NCBI GenBank assembly: GCA_024650005.2
Contig: CP122380.1
Location: 1,760,001-1,824,000 of the forward strand
Source of the DNA: Candidatus Bathyarchaeum tardum
GTDB taxonomy: Archaea; Thermoproteota; Bathyarchaeia; Bathyarchaeales; Bathyarchaeaceae
Direction: 5' to 3'
Length of the DNA stretch: 64,000 bases
Shown: piece by piece, positions 19,783-30,026 of the stretch
Position numbering within the stretch: the first letter of the stretch is position 1
Layout: the number at the start of each line of letters is the position of its first letter
Position numbers and translations under genes: made by a program
Notes under the pieces: generated by a model
What the model was told of the DNA's origin: nothing
What the model saw: only the letters and a program-made list of their open reading frames with translations
Database searches by the model: none

Positions 19783-22572
19783 ATGTTCAATAAAGCGTTG
19801 GTGAAAATGTATTTGGAAAAAGCTGATTCTATGCCTCTTCAAGAGATTTTTGAAGAACTTGGCTCTTCTCCGAATGGATTAACCAGTGAAGAAGCTCAAA
19901 ATCGCATTAAAACTCATGGCTTCAACAGGTTATCTGAGAAGAAACAGGCGTCAATTTTTTACAAGTTCATAATTCATGCTAAGGACTTATTTGGCATGTT
20001 ATTACTATTTGCAAGCCTGCTTGCATTTATCAGCGGTAATTCCGAGCTAGGAATTGTAATCCTCGGAGTTGTATTGCTTAACATTTTCTTTAGCATGTTC
20101 CAAGAAGCACGTGCAGAAAAAGCTATACAAACTCTAAAACGTTGGATACCCGAATACACCAAAGTCCTTCGGGATGGAGAACTCACGAAAGTACTCGTGA
20201 AAGAAATTGTTCCCGGTGACATCATAATCTTGGAGGAAGGCGACCGCGTACCTGCTGACGCACGATTGATTGAAGTATTCGATTTATGGACTAATAATGT
20301 TCCGTTAACAGGAGAATCTGAACCGCAACCCCGTTCGGTGGAGCCGTCTGAAACTCGGGAAACTGCTTACATACACTCAACTAACTTGGTTTTTATGAGC
20401 ACCAGCGTTGCAAAAGGTCAAGGAAAAGCAGTTGTCATCACCACGGGGATGAATACCCAATTTGGCAAGATAGCTAGTTTAACCCAAGAAGTACGTGAAG
20501 AAGCAAGCCCTTTGCACAGAGAAATTGAACGAATGGCAAAAATTGACCTTGTATTCGCTTTAATCGTCGCTGTTATCTTTTTTTTAGTTAGCTTACTCTG
20601 GCTAAAAGTGGACTTTGCAACTAGCATCCTTTTCATGATTGGCATTATGATCTGCTTTGTTCCTGAAGGTTTGCAAGTCACAGTTTCAAGTGCGCTAGCC
20701 ATTAACGTTCTAAAAATGGTTAAAGAAAACGTTCTCGTCAAACGTTTGTCTGCAGTCCAAACCCTAGGCAGCGTCACCGTCATTTGCACAGATAAAACAG
20801 GAACAATCACAAAGGGAGAAATGACAGTCAAGAAATTGTGGATTAACAACCAAATTGTTGAAGTCTCAGGTATTGGCTATAAACCAATAGGTTACTTTAC
20901 CATAAACGGCAAACGGTTAAAAAAATCCGAGGTCGAAACCACCCAACAACTCCTCAAAATCTCTGCTTTGTGCAACGGAGCTAAAATAGATCCACCGTCA
21001 GATACTAACAAGTCTTGGAACATTATCGGAGACCCAACAGATGGAGCTTTAATGGTTGCAGCCTTGAAATTTGATTTAAACATTAAAGAACTGCTCATTG
21101 AAAAACCAATAATCAACATAATTCCGTTTGACTTCGCTAGGAAAAAAATGACAACCATCCATAAGGTTGACGATGAAGTTTATGTTTATACTAAAGGCGC
21201 CCCCAGAAACATACTTTCAATTTGCAATAAGATAGACATGAACGGCAAGACAGTGAACTTAACAAGTGAGAACCTTTGTCTTGTAGAAAAAAAACTCCAA
21301 CAGTTTGCCCAAGAAGGACTAAGAGTAATAGCAGTTGCTTACAAGAACATTTCAAGCAACAATTACTCAAAAAACATGAACGTTGAAAAAGACATGGTTT
21401 TTGTCGGTTTAGCTGCTATGATGGATCCTCCAAGACTTGAAGTAAGAGACGCAGTTATTAAAGCAAAACAGGCAGGCATAAAAACGGTCATAATTACGGG
21501 GGATTACGGACCAACAGCCAAATTTATTGCTCAAGAAGTAGGCATACTTACTCGTGACGCATCTACTATAATTCGCGGCGTTGACTTGGACAATCTTGAC
21601 GACCAAGCAATTAATGATACAGTCAAAACAGGCAACGTAATTTTCGCACGGGTCTCCCCTGAACAAAAACTTCGGGTTGTAAAAGTATTGAAAAAGAATG
21701 GCGAAGTCGTAGCGGTCACAGGAGATGGCGCTAACGATGCACCATCACTAAAAGAAGCTGACGTTGGAATATCAATGGGAGTTTCAGGAACAGATGTTGC
21801 CAGAGAAGCATCAGATATTGTTCTGCTAGATGATAGCTTTGAATCAATTGTCAAAGCGGTAGAATCAGGCCGTGTTATTTACGAAAATATCAGAAAGTTC
21901 ATTGTCTATGTTTTTTCGCATAACTGGGCAGAATTCATTCCTTACTTGTTGTATGCAACGATTGGAATACCTTTGCCATTACTGGTCGTGCAGATTTTAG
22001 CAATTGACCTAGGAATTGATGTTATTCCTTCTTTGGCTCTAAGCCGTGAACCTGCAGAGTTAGGAATTATGGAAGAACCCCCACGAAGCATCAAAGAGAG
22101 GTTATTTACTGCTAAAGTCATTGCTCGTTCCATATACATAGGAATAGTAATTGCAATTGTTGCAATGTATGGTTGCCTGAGCGTTTGGTCTTCAGGTGGT
22201 TGGAGTTTAGGGATGCCTTTGGCTTCTGATGACCCAATTTACATTAAAGGTACAACAATGGTTTTTGCTGCTATAGTCGTCGGCCAAGTTGGAAATGTCT
22301 TGACATGCAGAACTAATAAACAGTCCATCTTCAAGACAAGCATCAAAACAAACATGTGGATACTGTTAGGCATAATAACTCAGTTATCCATACTGTCAGT
22401 GCTGATTTATGCACCTCCGCTTCAGTCAATTTTTGGCACTACAGCATTAAACATAATGGATTGGGCATACTTAGCAATGGTTCCAATAGCAGTAATAGTT
22501 GCAGAGGAAATTCGTAAATTTTTCTCTAGGCGACTTTCAAAAAAAGAAATTAACCCAATGCATGATCATTAA
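19783..22572 (+). CDS. Cation-transporting P-type ATPase (type II)
   Basis: TGES, PEGL, DKTGT phosphorylation site, KGAP, MDPPR, TGDGANDAPSL. Confidence 0.96.
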   Translation: MFNKALVKMYLEKADSMPLQEIFEELGSSPNGLTSEEAQNRIKTHGFNRLSEKKQASIFYKFIIHAKDLFGMLLLFASLLAFISGNSELGIVILGVVLLNIFFSMFQEARAEKAIQTLKRWIPEYTKVLRDGELTKVLVKEIVPGDIIILEEGDRVPADARLIEVFDLWTNNVPLTGESEPQPRSVEPSETRETAYIHSTNLVFMSTSVAKGQGKAVVITTGMNTQFGKIASLTQEVREEASPLHREIERMAKIDLVFALIVAVIFFLVSLLWLKVDFATSILFMIGIMICFVPEGLQVTVSSALAINVLKMVKENVLVKRLSAVQTLGSVTVICTDKTGTITKGEMTVKKLWINNQIVEVSGIGYKPIGYFTINGKRLKKSEVETTQQLLKISALCNGAKIDPPSDTNKSWNIIGDPTDGALMVAALKFDLNIKELLIEKPIINIIPFDFARKKMTTIHKVDDEVYVYTKGAPRNILSICNKIDMNGKTVNLTSENLCLVEKKLQQFAQEGLRVIAVAYKNISSNNYSKNMNVEKDMVFVGLAAMMDPPRLEVRDAVIKAKQAGIKTVIITGDYGPTAKFIAQEVGILTRDASTIIRGVDLDNLDDQAINDTVKTGNVIFARVSPEQKLRVVKVLKKNGEVVAVTGDGANDAPSLKEADVGISMGVSGTDVAREASDIVLLDDSFESIVKAVESGRVIYENIRKFIVYVFSHNWAEFIPYLLYATIGIPLPLLVVQILAIDLGIDVIPSLALSREPAELGIMEEPPRSIKERLFTAKVIARSIYIGIVIAIVAMYGCLSVWSSGGWSLGMPLASDDPIYIKGTTMVFAAIVVGQVGNVLTCRTNKQSIFKTSIKTNMWILLGIITQLSILSVLIYAPPLQSIFGTTALNIMDWAYLAMVPIAVIVAEEIRKFFSRRLSKKEINPMHDH

Positions 22573-22869
22573 CTAAATTGTTTTATATTTTTACTCTGCC
22601 CTTTATTCATACATACACTAACGGTTAAGACATATATTCGAACATTCCGATAGCCACAGGTACCACCAAACAAAAAGAAAAACAGAAATGGTACATATTA
22701 TTTATTCACAATTCTAAACGATTATAGTATTCATTTGATAGAAATCGTTGCAAACAATAACCATCCCAGAGTTTCTTTCAGGCTTCATTTTTGCTGTCTT
22801 TGTAGTTGCCTTTAACAGTTGTTCTAATCAAAAACAAAAATGAAAAGCAATCCAAAGCTGTTAAAAAAT

Positions 22870-23649
22870 TCAGTTAATTTTCCACATTAATTCGTAATAT
22901 TCTCGAATCAACGAAACCAACGCAGCATTGTGAATCTGCAAATACGGAGTTTCCATGGGATTAGTTGGTGAGCTGCTCATCAAGATTTCTTGACCATCAC
23001 GAATAAGCAAATAAGCTGGAACTGAAGGAACATACTTAATCTCACAACCCGAATGAACAATTAAGGGCTTAATGGCTTCTTCAAACTGCATTTTTTCAGG
23101 GGGCAAATCCATTATCATTCTGAACGTAACGCCATTACTCAGAAGCCTCGTGTATTGTTCAGGTGCATGTTCAAAGGCACGTAAAGTGCCACGCCAGTTG
23201 ATCAAACAATCTACAGTATTTTGAGCTTTATTATGCAAAGCCTGAATTTCAGCAATAATAGGTTTAATCCCAGAAATAAGAGTTAAATCAGGAGTTTTAG
23301 GTTTAACAGCAGATTTTTGGCTGACATTTTTTATGGATTCAAGCAAGTCTTTAGCGTTTTCCATTGTTTGTTGATGTTCAGTGGTTTTTTTCTCCATCAA
23401 CATAACAAGACCTATTTCCGGAGAAGTAGCTTTCAACTTTAAAGGATTAGTCAAAAGTTTTTGTACTAAACCTATTTCATGAAGATCGTCAATTATTCTG
23501 TAAAGATGTTGCCGAGCAATGCTAGTTCCTTTTGAAATCGCATTTACCGAAGATACGCCCGAAGTAGCAAGATACAAATACACACTGGCTTGACGGTGGG
23601 TTAGCCCCATATTGATTAATGTTTGAAGTTGAGAATCGTTAGGTTCCAT
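22870..23649 (-). CDS. TrmB family transcriptional regulator
   Basis: MGLTHRQASVYLYL..IARQHLYRIIDDLHEIGLV HTH, plus a C-terminal PLD-like effector domain (LLIRDGQEIL..YYELMW). Confidence 0.85.
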   Translation of the reverse strand: MEPNDSQLQTLINMGLTHRQASVYLYLATSGVSSVNAISKGTSIARQHLYRIIDDLHEIGLVQKLLTNPLKLKATSPEIGLVMLMEKKTTEHQQTMENAKDLLESIKNVSQKSAVKPKTPDLTLISGIKPIIAEIQALHNKAQNTVDCLINWRGTLRAFEHAPEQYTRLLSNGVTFRMIMDLPPEKMQFEEAIKPLIVHSGCEIKYVPSVPAYLLIRDGQEILMSSSPTNPMETPYLQIHNAALVSLIREYYELMWKIN

Positions 23650-23852
23650 ATTTTTCCATCACTACTGAAAGTTAAACGAGAGTTGAACAAATCATGACTT
23701 CTTAATTACTTTTTTTCCAAATTAGCACAAGATTTAGCAAAAAATGAAAAGACATCAACACTTTTTTAGTTATCGGAAAATCAAAAAAAATACAACAGCC
23801 GTTTTCAGGGTATAATTAAATATTGGCATGTTGATGTTTGTGAGGATAGCCT

Positions 23853-24443
23853 ATGTTCAGATTTCAGTTAAAAATATCGCCGACAACGTTTCTTGTTGCA
23901 GCCAACATTGCAGTTTACATTTTCACGTCAGTAATTGGCGGAAACATCTTCGAAACTAACATCAATATTCTGCAAATATTTGGACAATACAACTATAGCG
24001 TCATGAACGGCGCATACTGGCAACTATTAACATCCATTTTTGTCCACGTGGACATAATCCATATCACCTTGAACATGCTGTTTTTATTTATTTTCGGGTT
24101 ACGGGCAGAAGAATTCTTCAAAACAGAAGAATACTTTGCAGTTTACATGCTCTCAGGACTAACAGGCAGCCTATTGACCCTGTTTTTCATGTCTGCAAAC
24201 ACTGTATCTGCAGGAGCCTCAGGGGCAGTGTTTGGAATGTTTGGAGCAGGACTCATATACATGCGAAAAAGGTTTGGACAATCAATAGTAGGTGCACTAC
24301 TGTTTTCCCTGCTGTTTTTGATGCTGTCCACAGGCTCAGGCGTCAATGTAATTGCCCACTTTGGAGGACTCGCAACTGGACTAATTATCGGCTATGTTCT
24401 GGCTCAATCCCGGCAAGAAAAATACTGGATAGAAAACTACTAA
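23853..24443 (+). CDS. Rhomboid family intramembrane serine protease
   Basis: WQLLTSIFVH..HITLNM, GASGAVFG catalytic Ser, AHFGG catalytic His. Confidence 0.93.
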   Translation: MFRFQLKISPTTFLVAANIAVYIFTSVIGGNIFETNINILQIFGQYNYSVMNGAYWQLLTSIFVHVDIIHITLNMLFLFIFGLRAEEFFKTEEYFAVYMLSGLTGSLLTLFFMSANTVSAGASGAVFGMFGAGLIYMRKRFGQSIVGALLFSLLFLMLSTGSGVNVIAHFGGLATGLIIGYVLAQSRQEKYWIENY

Positions 24444-24462
24444 CAACAAAACAAGAATAGAC

Positions 24463-25263
24463 CTAACAAGTTACAACAGACAAACAAAACCTGTCCCCAA
24501 CACGCGCACCGAAAACTTTTGAAGCATCTCCCTGATTAACGGCAACTTCAACAAATCCATTGTCCCCAACTAATACCAAACAATGCCCCAAATCAACTTC
24601 TCCGTAAACTGAACAAAATGGAGCCATCAAACGTTGACTTCCAACAACCAATGAAACACGCTTCCCTACAGTAATTCCTGCTTTTTCAAGATGCTGTATG
24701 GAAATGTTGCTGATTATGTTGCCAAAATCGTCGATGTGCAAGACTTCTCCCATTATTTTTCTAGGTTCTGTTATTGGGTTAGTAAACTTGGGAACAAAAT
24801 AATCGTGTATTTCGGGTCCAAACTCACGAGGAGTTACACCCTTTGTTAGGTGAGCAGCGATAGGAGCAAACACGTCACGCCCATGAAAAGTTTGAGACAC
24901 TACAGGAAGCATGTAGTTCGTGTTTTCAATACAGTAAACATGGGTAATTGTTTCCTTTTGGGCTGCTAATATCAAAAGTCCATTATCGGGTCCAACAAAG
25001 AAACTGCGCAGGGTTTCTACGATGATTGGGCGACGTTTTGTTCCCACTCCTGGATCTACAACTGCAAGATGAACTGTTTTTGAAGGAAAATACAGAGCCG
25101 CGGAAGCTAAACAGTAAGCACCATGGGCTATACTAAATTTTGTAACCTGATGAGTTATATCCACAAGGCGAACTTGTGGGTTAATGGACAAGATAACAGC
25201 TTTCATTTCTGCAACGTAGGGGTCTTTTTGACCAAAATCAGTAAGTAACGAAATTATAGACAC
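24463..25263 (-). CDS. SAM hydroxide adenosyltransferase (DUF62; chlorinase/fluorinase-like)
   Basis: LLTDFG..VDITH..VVDPGVGT..GPDNG..TFHGRDVFAP..DDFGN. GTG start at 25263; the ORF track extension overlaps the divergent gene. Confidence 0.92.
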   Translation of the reverse strand: MSIISLLTDFGQKDPYVAEMKAVILSINPQVRLVDITHQVTKFSIAHGAYCLASAALYFPSKTVHLAVVDPGVGTKRRPIIVETLRSFFVGPDNGLLILAAQKETITHVYCIENTNYMLPVVSQTFHGRDVFAPIAAHLTKGVTPREFGPEIHDYFVPKFTNPITEPRKIMGEVLHIDDFGNIISNISIQHLEKAGITVGKRVSLVVGSQRLMAPFCSVYGEVDLGHCLVLVGDNGFVEVAVNQGDASKVFGARVGDRFCLSVVTC

Positions 25264-25340
25264 CCTTTGTCCCTCAAATTGAGTTGATGACTTGCCATAT
25301 TTAATAACTGTTCTTTGAGTAGGATGTATGGGAAAAAACA

Positions 25341-26105
25341 GTGCAAACAAACCAAATAGTGCCTCTAGAAAAGCTGACGGAAACAAAACAAGGTCAGGTA
25401 CTGTGTTATCCCAGATTTGAACAACAAGAACTTGAAAAGCGCATTAAAGAACTGGAAAGCCTTGGAGTCAAAACACTAGAATTTACTGGAAACAAAAGCG
25501 TTTTTAATGTTCCTGTTCTGGGAAAAGGATGCGTCGGCATTGTCGTAATTGCCCACACTGATTCCCAAAGGCTTGCGTTAAAGATTCGACGAATTGACGC
25601 AGATAGAAAAGAAATGTTTCATGAAAGCGAAATGCTACAAAAAGCAAACAGCATAGGCATTGGACCAAAGCTAGTTGGAACTAGTGCCAATTTTCTTTTG
25701 ATGGAACTAATAGAAGGCACTCATTTTCCAGAATGGGCAGAATCCGTTAAAGAGCCAAAGGCAAAAATCCGTATTCAGTTGATTGCCAAAAGAGTCCTTG
25801 AAAAATGTTACCAACTTGATCAACTGGGCTTGGACCATGGTGAATTAAGCAACGCATCCAAACACATCATTGTTGACCCTAAAGATAGTCCTCATTTAAT
25901 CGATTTTGAGACAGCCAGCATTAACCGTAAAGTCTCCAATGTTACTTCTGTCTGCCAGTATCTTTTGTTGGGAAGCCAAACCGCAGACAAACTAAAAGGC
26001 AAGATTGGTCCCTTAAACAAGAAAGAAATCATAAACAAATTAAGGAATTACAAACAAAACAGAACAAAAGAAAATTATGAAAAAATTCTACAACAAATTA
26101 ATTGA
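25341..26105 (+). CDS. Archaeal Ser/Thr protein kinase (RIO/Bud32-related, COG2112-like)
   Basis: LGKGCVGIV, ALKIRR, LLMELIEG, LDHGELS, IDFETAS. Confidence 0.85.
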   Translation: MQTNQIVPLEKLTETKQGQVLCYPRFEQQELEKRIKELESLGVKTLEFTGNKSVFNVPVLGKGCVGIVVIAHTDSQRLALKIRRIDADRKEMFHESEMLQKANSIGIGPKLVGTSANFLLMELIEGTHFPEWAESVKEPKAKIRIQLIAKRVLEKCYQLDQLGLDHGELSNASKHIIVDPKDSPHLIDFETASINRKVSNVTSVCQYLLLGSQTADKLKGKIGPLNKKEIINKLRNYKQNRTKENYEKILQQIN

Positions 26106-26120
26106 ACCATAAAGGTGAAA

Positions 26121-26735
26121 TTAATGTTTCCCGAAAACTAAACGATCAGTAACAACAGAAACAGCATAGAATATATCGTCGGGGTCTAAGTCGTCTGTAG
26201 AAAGAACCAAGTTAAAAGGCGTCAAATCGTGTCCTAATTCGAAGCCATATAGTTTTTTGTATATTTGTCGGGTTTCTTCGTCTTTTTCGGTTAATGCTTT
26301 TAGGGCTTCTTCGGCGGTCATTCCGTCCCGTTTTAATACACGTGTTGCTCTAACTTGAGGAGAAGCTTCTAACCAAATTTTGAAACCTTTGGCTTTCAAA
26401 AGCCAAGGTACTGTCCAGCTGTCTAAAACAACGTTTCCTTCTTCGGCTAGTTCTAACAGTTTTTCATCAATTTTTTTGTCAAAACTGGGGTCTTCTTTGC
26501 GTTTCTGTAGAAAAGCTAACCCTTCAGAGGATTCCCACCAACCGTTTACTTCTGAATGGTACCCTTCTTCTTTTGCTAATATACGCATAGCGTTTCCACC
26601 AGAAAAATAATTTAACTCATATTTTTCAGCTAATTTTTTTGCTACTGTACTTTTGCCAGAGCCAGTCATTCCACTGACACAAATTATTACTTTTTGATTA
26701 TTATCGCCACAACTATTTTCCACGTTTGCCAACAC
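26121..26735 (-). CDS. cmk: Cytidylate kinase
   Basis: SGMTGSGKST P-loop, FDKKIDE, YKKLYG; conserved position after secY. Confidence 0.88.
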   Translation of the reverse strand: MLANVENSCGDNNQKVIICVSGMTGSGKSTVAKKLAEKYELNYFSGGNAMRILAKEEGYHSEVNGWWESSEGLAFLQKRKEDPSFDKKIDEKLLELAEEGNVVLDSWTVPWLLKAKGFKIWLEASPQVRATRVLKRDGMTAEEALKALTEKDEETRQIYKKLYGFELGHDLTPFNLVLSTDDLDPDDIFYAVSVVTDRLVFGKH

Positions 26736-26786
26736 CCACGTTACTGTTTAAAATGTGTTGTCCAAATCAACCTTAAAACCCAACAT

Positions 26787-27329
26787 TTAGTCAACTGCCC
26801 CCGTTAATCCGAAGATACGTTGGAAGAATGCACCAAATGTGAATGAACAAATAAGATACCAATAAAACAGGGTAAGGGGCATGACTCCACCAAACCATGG
26901 AAGGTATGCAACAGGGTCGGGTCCAATGAATGGGCTATCAAATAGTTTCATTCCAAGAATGCTTCCAGTCAATATTAACCAAACAACAAAGAATACCGCC
27001 ATCGTGATAGGCATTACTCGAAACTGTTTCGAAGTCAACGAAAGAGATTGAGACTGAAGAGCAAGAAGCTGCTTTTCTTGTTTTTGACCTTTCTTGAGAA
27101 GTTTTTTGTCACCAGTTTCTTTGGCTTCTTTCATGATGGCATTTTTTTCTTTAGTTAATGCAGAGATTCTTTTCTGGAGATCCCTGAGTTGTTGGCGGTG
27201 TTCTTTAGGCATGAAACGTGTATTAATGAAAGAAGAGGATAGGGACATGACTATAGAAACAAATAGAACTATAAGCGTGACAACAGGAGGTTGGGCTAAA
27301 GAACTCATTAGTTTTTCCTCCAGCAACAT
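26787..27329 (-). CDS. DUF106 / EMC3-TMCO1 (Oxa1 superfamily) membrane insertase
   Basis: TM, coiled coil, TM architecture and WYLICSF motif; next to secY. Confidence 0.85.
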   Translation of the reverse strand: MLLEEKLMSSLAQPPVVTLIVLFVSIVMSLSSSFINTRFMPKEHRQQLRDLQKRISALTKEKNAIMKEAKETGDKKLLKKGQKQEKQLLALQSQSLSLTSKQFRVMPITMAVFFVVWLILTGSILGMKLFDSPFIGPDPVAYLPWFGGVMPLTLFYWYLICSFTFGAFFQRIFGLTGAVD

Positions 27330-27403
27330 GTACTTTTGGCAATATGAAAGTGTTTGCCAATTTCAGGTGCAACTGTTACGTTAATAGTTTTATTCAATAT
27401 TTA

Positions 27404-28837
27404 TCATCCCAATACTTTACCTAGAGCAGGATACATTTCTGCAACTTGTTCTTGCACAAGCAGTTGATAATACTGATACAGTATACCTACAGCAAGCAAG
27501 ATACCAACTCCAGATCCGAATACACCAAAGAAGCCAGCAACAGCTGCAATAAGTCCAACTATTGCACCACCAAGCACAGTAACTACTGGAATATATCGCT
27601 GAAGTATCATTTCTATGGATTTTCCTGACCTACGGAATCCAGGAATCTGCATGCCTGAATCAACAAGCTGTTTTGCAACGGTACCAGGTCCTAGACCACC
27701 GACTTCTAGCCAAGTTAAAGAAAAGATTACAGAAAATACAACCATAATCAATGAATAAATTGCTGCACGCAATGGATCAGCAACTAAGCCTGCAATACCA
27801 TTAGGAGCAGTCACATAGTAAGCAAGACCTCCAACTAACTGAGGCCCAACAGCAGGATCAGTCGTAGCATATGTTCCTAAGAGTTGAGCAAAAAAGTTGT
27901 CAGGACCCCAAGGCTGAGTATATAATAGCTGAGCTACCACGGCAACATTAGCAAACAATGCTGAAGCAAATATTACAGGCAAGTTTGAGACATAAAGAAG
28001 CTTAATTGGATATTTTCCACGGAAGCCTCGATAATTGGCGTGTGAAATTGGAAGTTCAACACGGACACCTTCCATGTAAATTACTAAGATGAACACAGCT
28101 ACAGTTGCTATTAATCCTATCATGCTTGGATAAGTAGTAAGAACACCATTAGCATCAACACGCAAGAAAGCATCAACTATTGGACTGCCGCTAGCAATTA
28201 CTTCACCAAGAGCAATAAAAGCACCATAGTTGCGACCATCAGCTACAACAGCGGTTATTCCAAAACTATCCCACATGATTCTTTGGGCAACACCTCCAAG
28301 AATGAAAAGACTGATTCCGCTTCCAAGACCCCAGCCTTTTTGCATCATTTCATCTAAAAGCATTAGTATAATACCTGCAAATATAAGCTGGGCAAATATT
28401 ATTACGGCAGTTACAGTATCCAAAACTCCGAATACTCCACCTAGCAGATAAGCAGAAGCTTGTACTACAGTAAGCAATACAGCAAAGAACTTAGTAGCTG
28501 CAGTGAAAAGTGCACGGTCTTCAGGATTTCCTAAGTCAGCATTGATTATGCTAGACCCAATGAGGAGCTGCAAAATCAGGCCACCAGTTACAATTGGTCC
28601 AATACCAAGGGTTGTAAGGGTTCCTTGGTTTGAGGCAAAAATTATTTGATACGCATCAAAACCTTGTCCACCACTGGTAACATTGAAGAGGTTTATTTGG
28701 CTCATAACAAGGTAGATTATGAGCGCCATTGCAGTCCAGAAAAGTTTTTCGTTGAAGCTTACTTTCCGACTTGGTGAACCTACTTCGGGCATAAACCGTG
28801 AGAGGGGTCCGAAAAATGAAAGAAATTTGCCAGCCAT
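27404..28837 (-). CDS. secY: Preprotein translocase subunit SecY
   Basis: GTLTTLGIGPIVT, KGWGLGSGISLFI, YPIKLLYVSNLPVI, GMQIPGFR. Confidence 0.98.
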   Translation of the reverse strand: MAGKFLSFFGPLSRFMPEVGSPSRKVSFNEKLFWTAMALIIYLVMSQINLFNVTSGGQGFDAYQIIFASNQGTLTTLGIGPIVTGGLILQLLIGSSIINADLGNPEDRALFTAATKFFAVLLTVVQASAYLLGGVFGVLDTVTAVIIFAQLIFAGIILMLLDEMMQKGWGLGSGISLFILGGVAQRIMWDSFGITAVVADGRNYGAFIALGEVIASGSPIVDAFLRVDANGVLTTYPSMIGLIATVAVFILVIYMEGVRVELPISHANYRGFRGKYPIKLLYVSNLPVIFASALFANVAVVAQLLYTQPWGPDNFFAQLLGTYATTDPAVGPQLVGGLAYYVTAPNGIAGLVADPLRAAIYSLIMVVFSVIFSLTWLEVGGLGPGTVAKQLVDSGMQIPGFRRSGKSIEMILQRYIPVVTVLGGAIVGLIAAVAGFFGVFGSGVGILLAVGILYQYYQLLVQEQVAEMYPALGKVLG

Positions 28838-28905
28838 GATACTTCCTCAATTCTTGAATCTAACAGTGTCTAAACTGATTTGTTAAGTTGCGTATGTTGA
28901 ACACA

Positions 28906-28913
28906 AATATAAA
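28906..28913 (-). promoter_or_regulatory. Putative TATA box for secY
   Basis: TTTATATT on the minus strand in the 134-bp rpl15-secY gap. Confidence 0.5.
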
Positions 28914-28950
28914 CACTTTGACGTAATTTGCGAACATAAAGAGGCAGAAT

Positions 28951-28966
28951 AACAAAAAAGAAAAAT
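28951..28966 (-). terminator. Putative oligo-T terminator after rpl15
   Basis: TTTTTCTTTTTTGTT just downstream of the rpl15 stop. Confidence 0.45.
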
Positions 28967-28971
28967 GAAGT

Positions 28972-29421
28972 TTATTCAGCTTCTGCTTCTTGGAGGATTG
29001 CTCCACCTGCTTCCACGAGTTTCTTAGAAGCAGACTCAGAATAAGCTGAAACTTTAACAAGAACAGGCTTTGATATTTTACCAGTCCCCAAAAGTTTGTC
29101 AAAACCAAGGCGTTCTAAATCTAAAACGACCTTGTTTTCTTTTCGTTCCAGTTTTTCAACTGCATCTAAGTGATCAACTAAGTCATCAAGTTTTCCAACA
29201 TTGATGATTTTAACTTTGGAATTAAGAGTTTTAGTGGACACAAAACCATGCTTAAGCCAATAGGTAGGATCATGCTTTATAACATAGGTCCATTTGTGTT
29301 TGTCAAGACCTGCTTTTCCAGTTCCTCCCCGTCCACCTCGTGACCGGTGTTGACCTATCTGACCGTATCCATGTGTTCGAGAGCCTCGATATTTTCTTAC
29401 TTTTCTCATTTTAGTTGGCAA
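28972..29421 (-). CDS. rpl15: 50S ribosomal protein uL15
   Basis: RGSRTHGYG..GGRGGTGKAG..DKLLGTG; TTG start. Confidence 0.97.
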   Translation of the reverse strand: MPTKMRKVRKYRGSRTHGYGQIGQHRSRGGRGGTGKAGLDKHKWTYVIKHDPTYWLKHGFVSTKTLNSKVKIINVGKLDDLVDHLDAVEKLERKENKVVLDLERLGFDKLLGTGKISKPVLVKVSAYSESASKKLVEAGGAILQEAEAE

Positions 29422-29434
29422 ATGTTAAACCTCA

Positions 29435-29962
29435 CTATTTAATTGAAACTTTATTATCTATTTTCTTTGATTTTTCCATTTTAACTTCCAATACACCGTT
29501 CTTGTAAGATGCCTTTGCAGACTTGGGTTTCACTTTAGTTGGCAGTTTTAGTTCATCATACCATTCAAAGTCTTCGGCATCAACGGTTAGAGTTAAACAT
29601 GTTTCAGTTACCCAAAGATCGATGTCATCTTTGGTGATTCCCGGAAGTTGAGCCAAAACCACCAAGGTCTCTGTTTCTTCAATGAAATCAACTAGAGGTT
29701 CAGATTCATCATCTTCGAAGTCTGCATCGTCATATAGGGCTTGATTTTTATTCATTTCGCGAATCTTTGGTTTTCCATCGGGACCAACTCGTATGGAAAA
29801 TCCACGAAATGAACTTTTTCCAGATGATTCGTCCTTGGAGGAATTTTCAAAGGCTTTTTGCATTGTTTCGTCGATTAAGTCACCTAGTTTTTCTAACTCA
29901 TCATAGATGTCATTTAGCCAAGGCGCTTTCTTTTTTCTGCGCCTCCACCAAGGGTCGCTCAT
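29435..29962 (-). CDS. hsp20: Small heat shock protein Hsp20
   Basis: GFSIRVGPDGKPKIRE, EPLVD, AQLPGITKDDI, ASYKNGVLEV alpha-crystallin motifs. Confidence 0.93.
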   Translation of the reverse strand: MSDPWWRRRKKKAPWLNDIYDELEKLGDLIDETMQKAFENSSKDESSGKSSFRGFSIRVGPDGKPKIREMNKNQALYDDADFEDDESEPLVDFIEETETLVVLAQLPGITKDDIDLWVTETCLTLTVDAEDFEWYDELKLPTKVKPKSAKASYKNGVLEVKMEKSKKIDNKVSIK

Positions 29963-30003
29963 TGCAATTCCTCTGTACCTGTGAATTGTGCTGACACGGT
30001 AAC

Positions 30004-30020
30004 TATAAAGATTATCGCTA
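30004..30020 (-). promoter_or_regulatory. Putative internal BRE/TATA promoter for hsp20-rpl15
   Basis: GCGATAATC-TTTATA on the minus strand about 42 nt upstream of the hsp20 ATG. Confidence 0.5.
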
Positions 30021-30026
30021 AAACGA

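Noticed and set aside
24463-25263. True fluorinase/chlorinase
   Set aside because: The TFHGRD motif with His and the typical archaeal context fit the widespread DUF62 SAM hydrolase.
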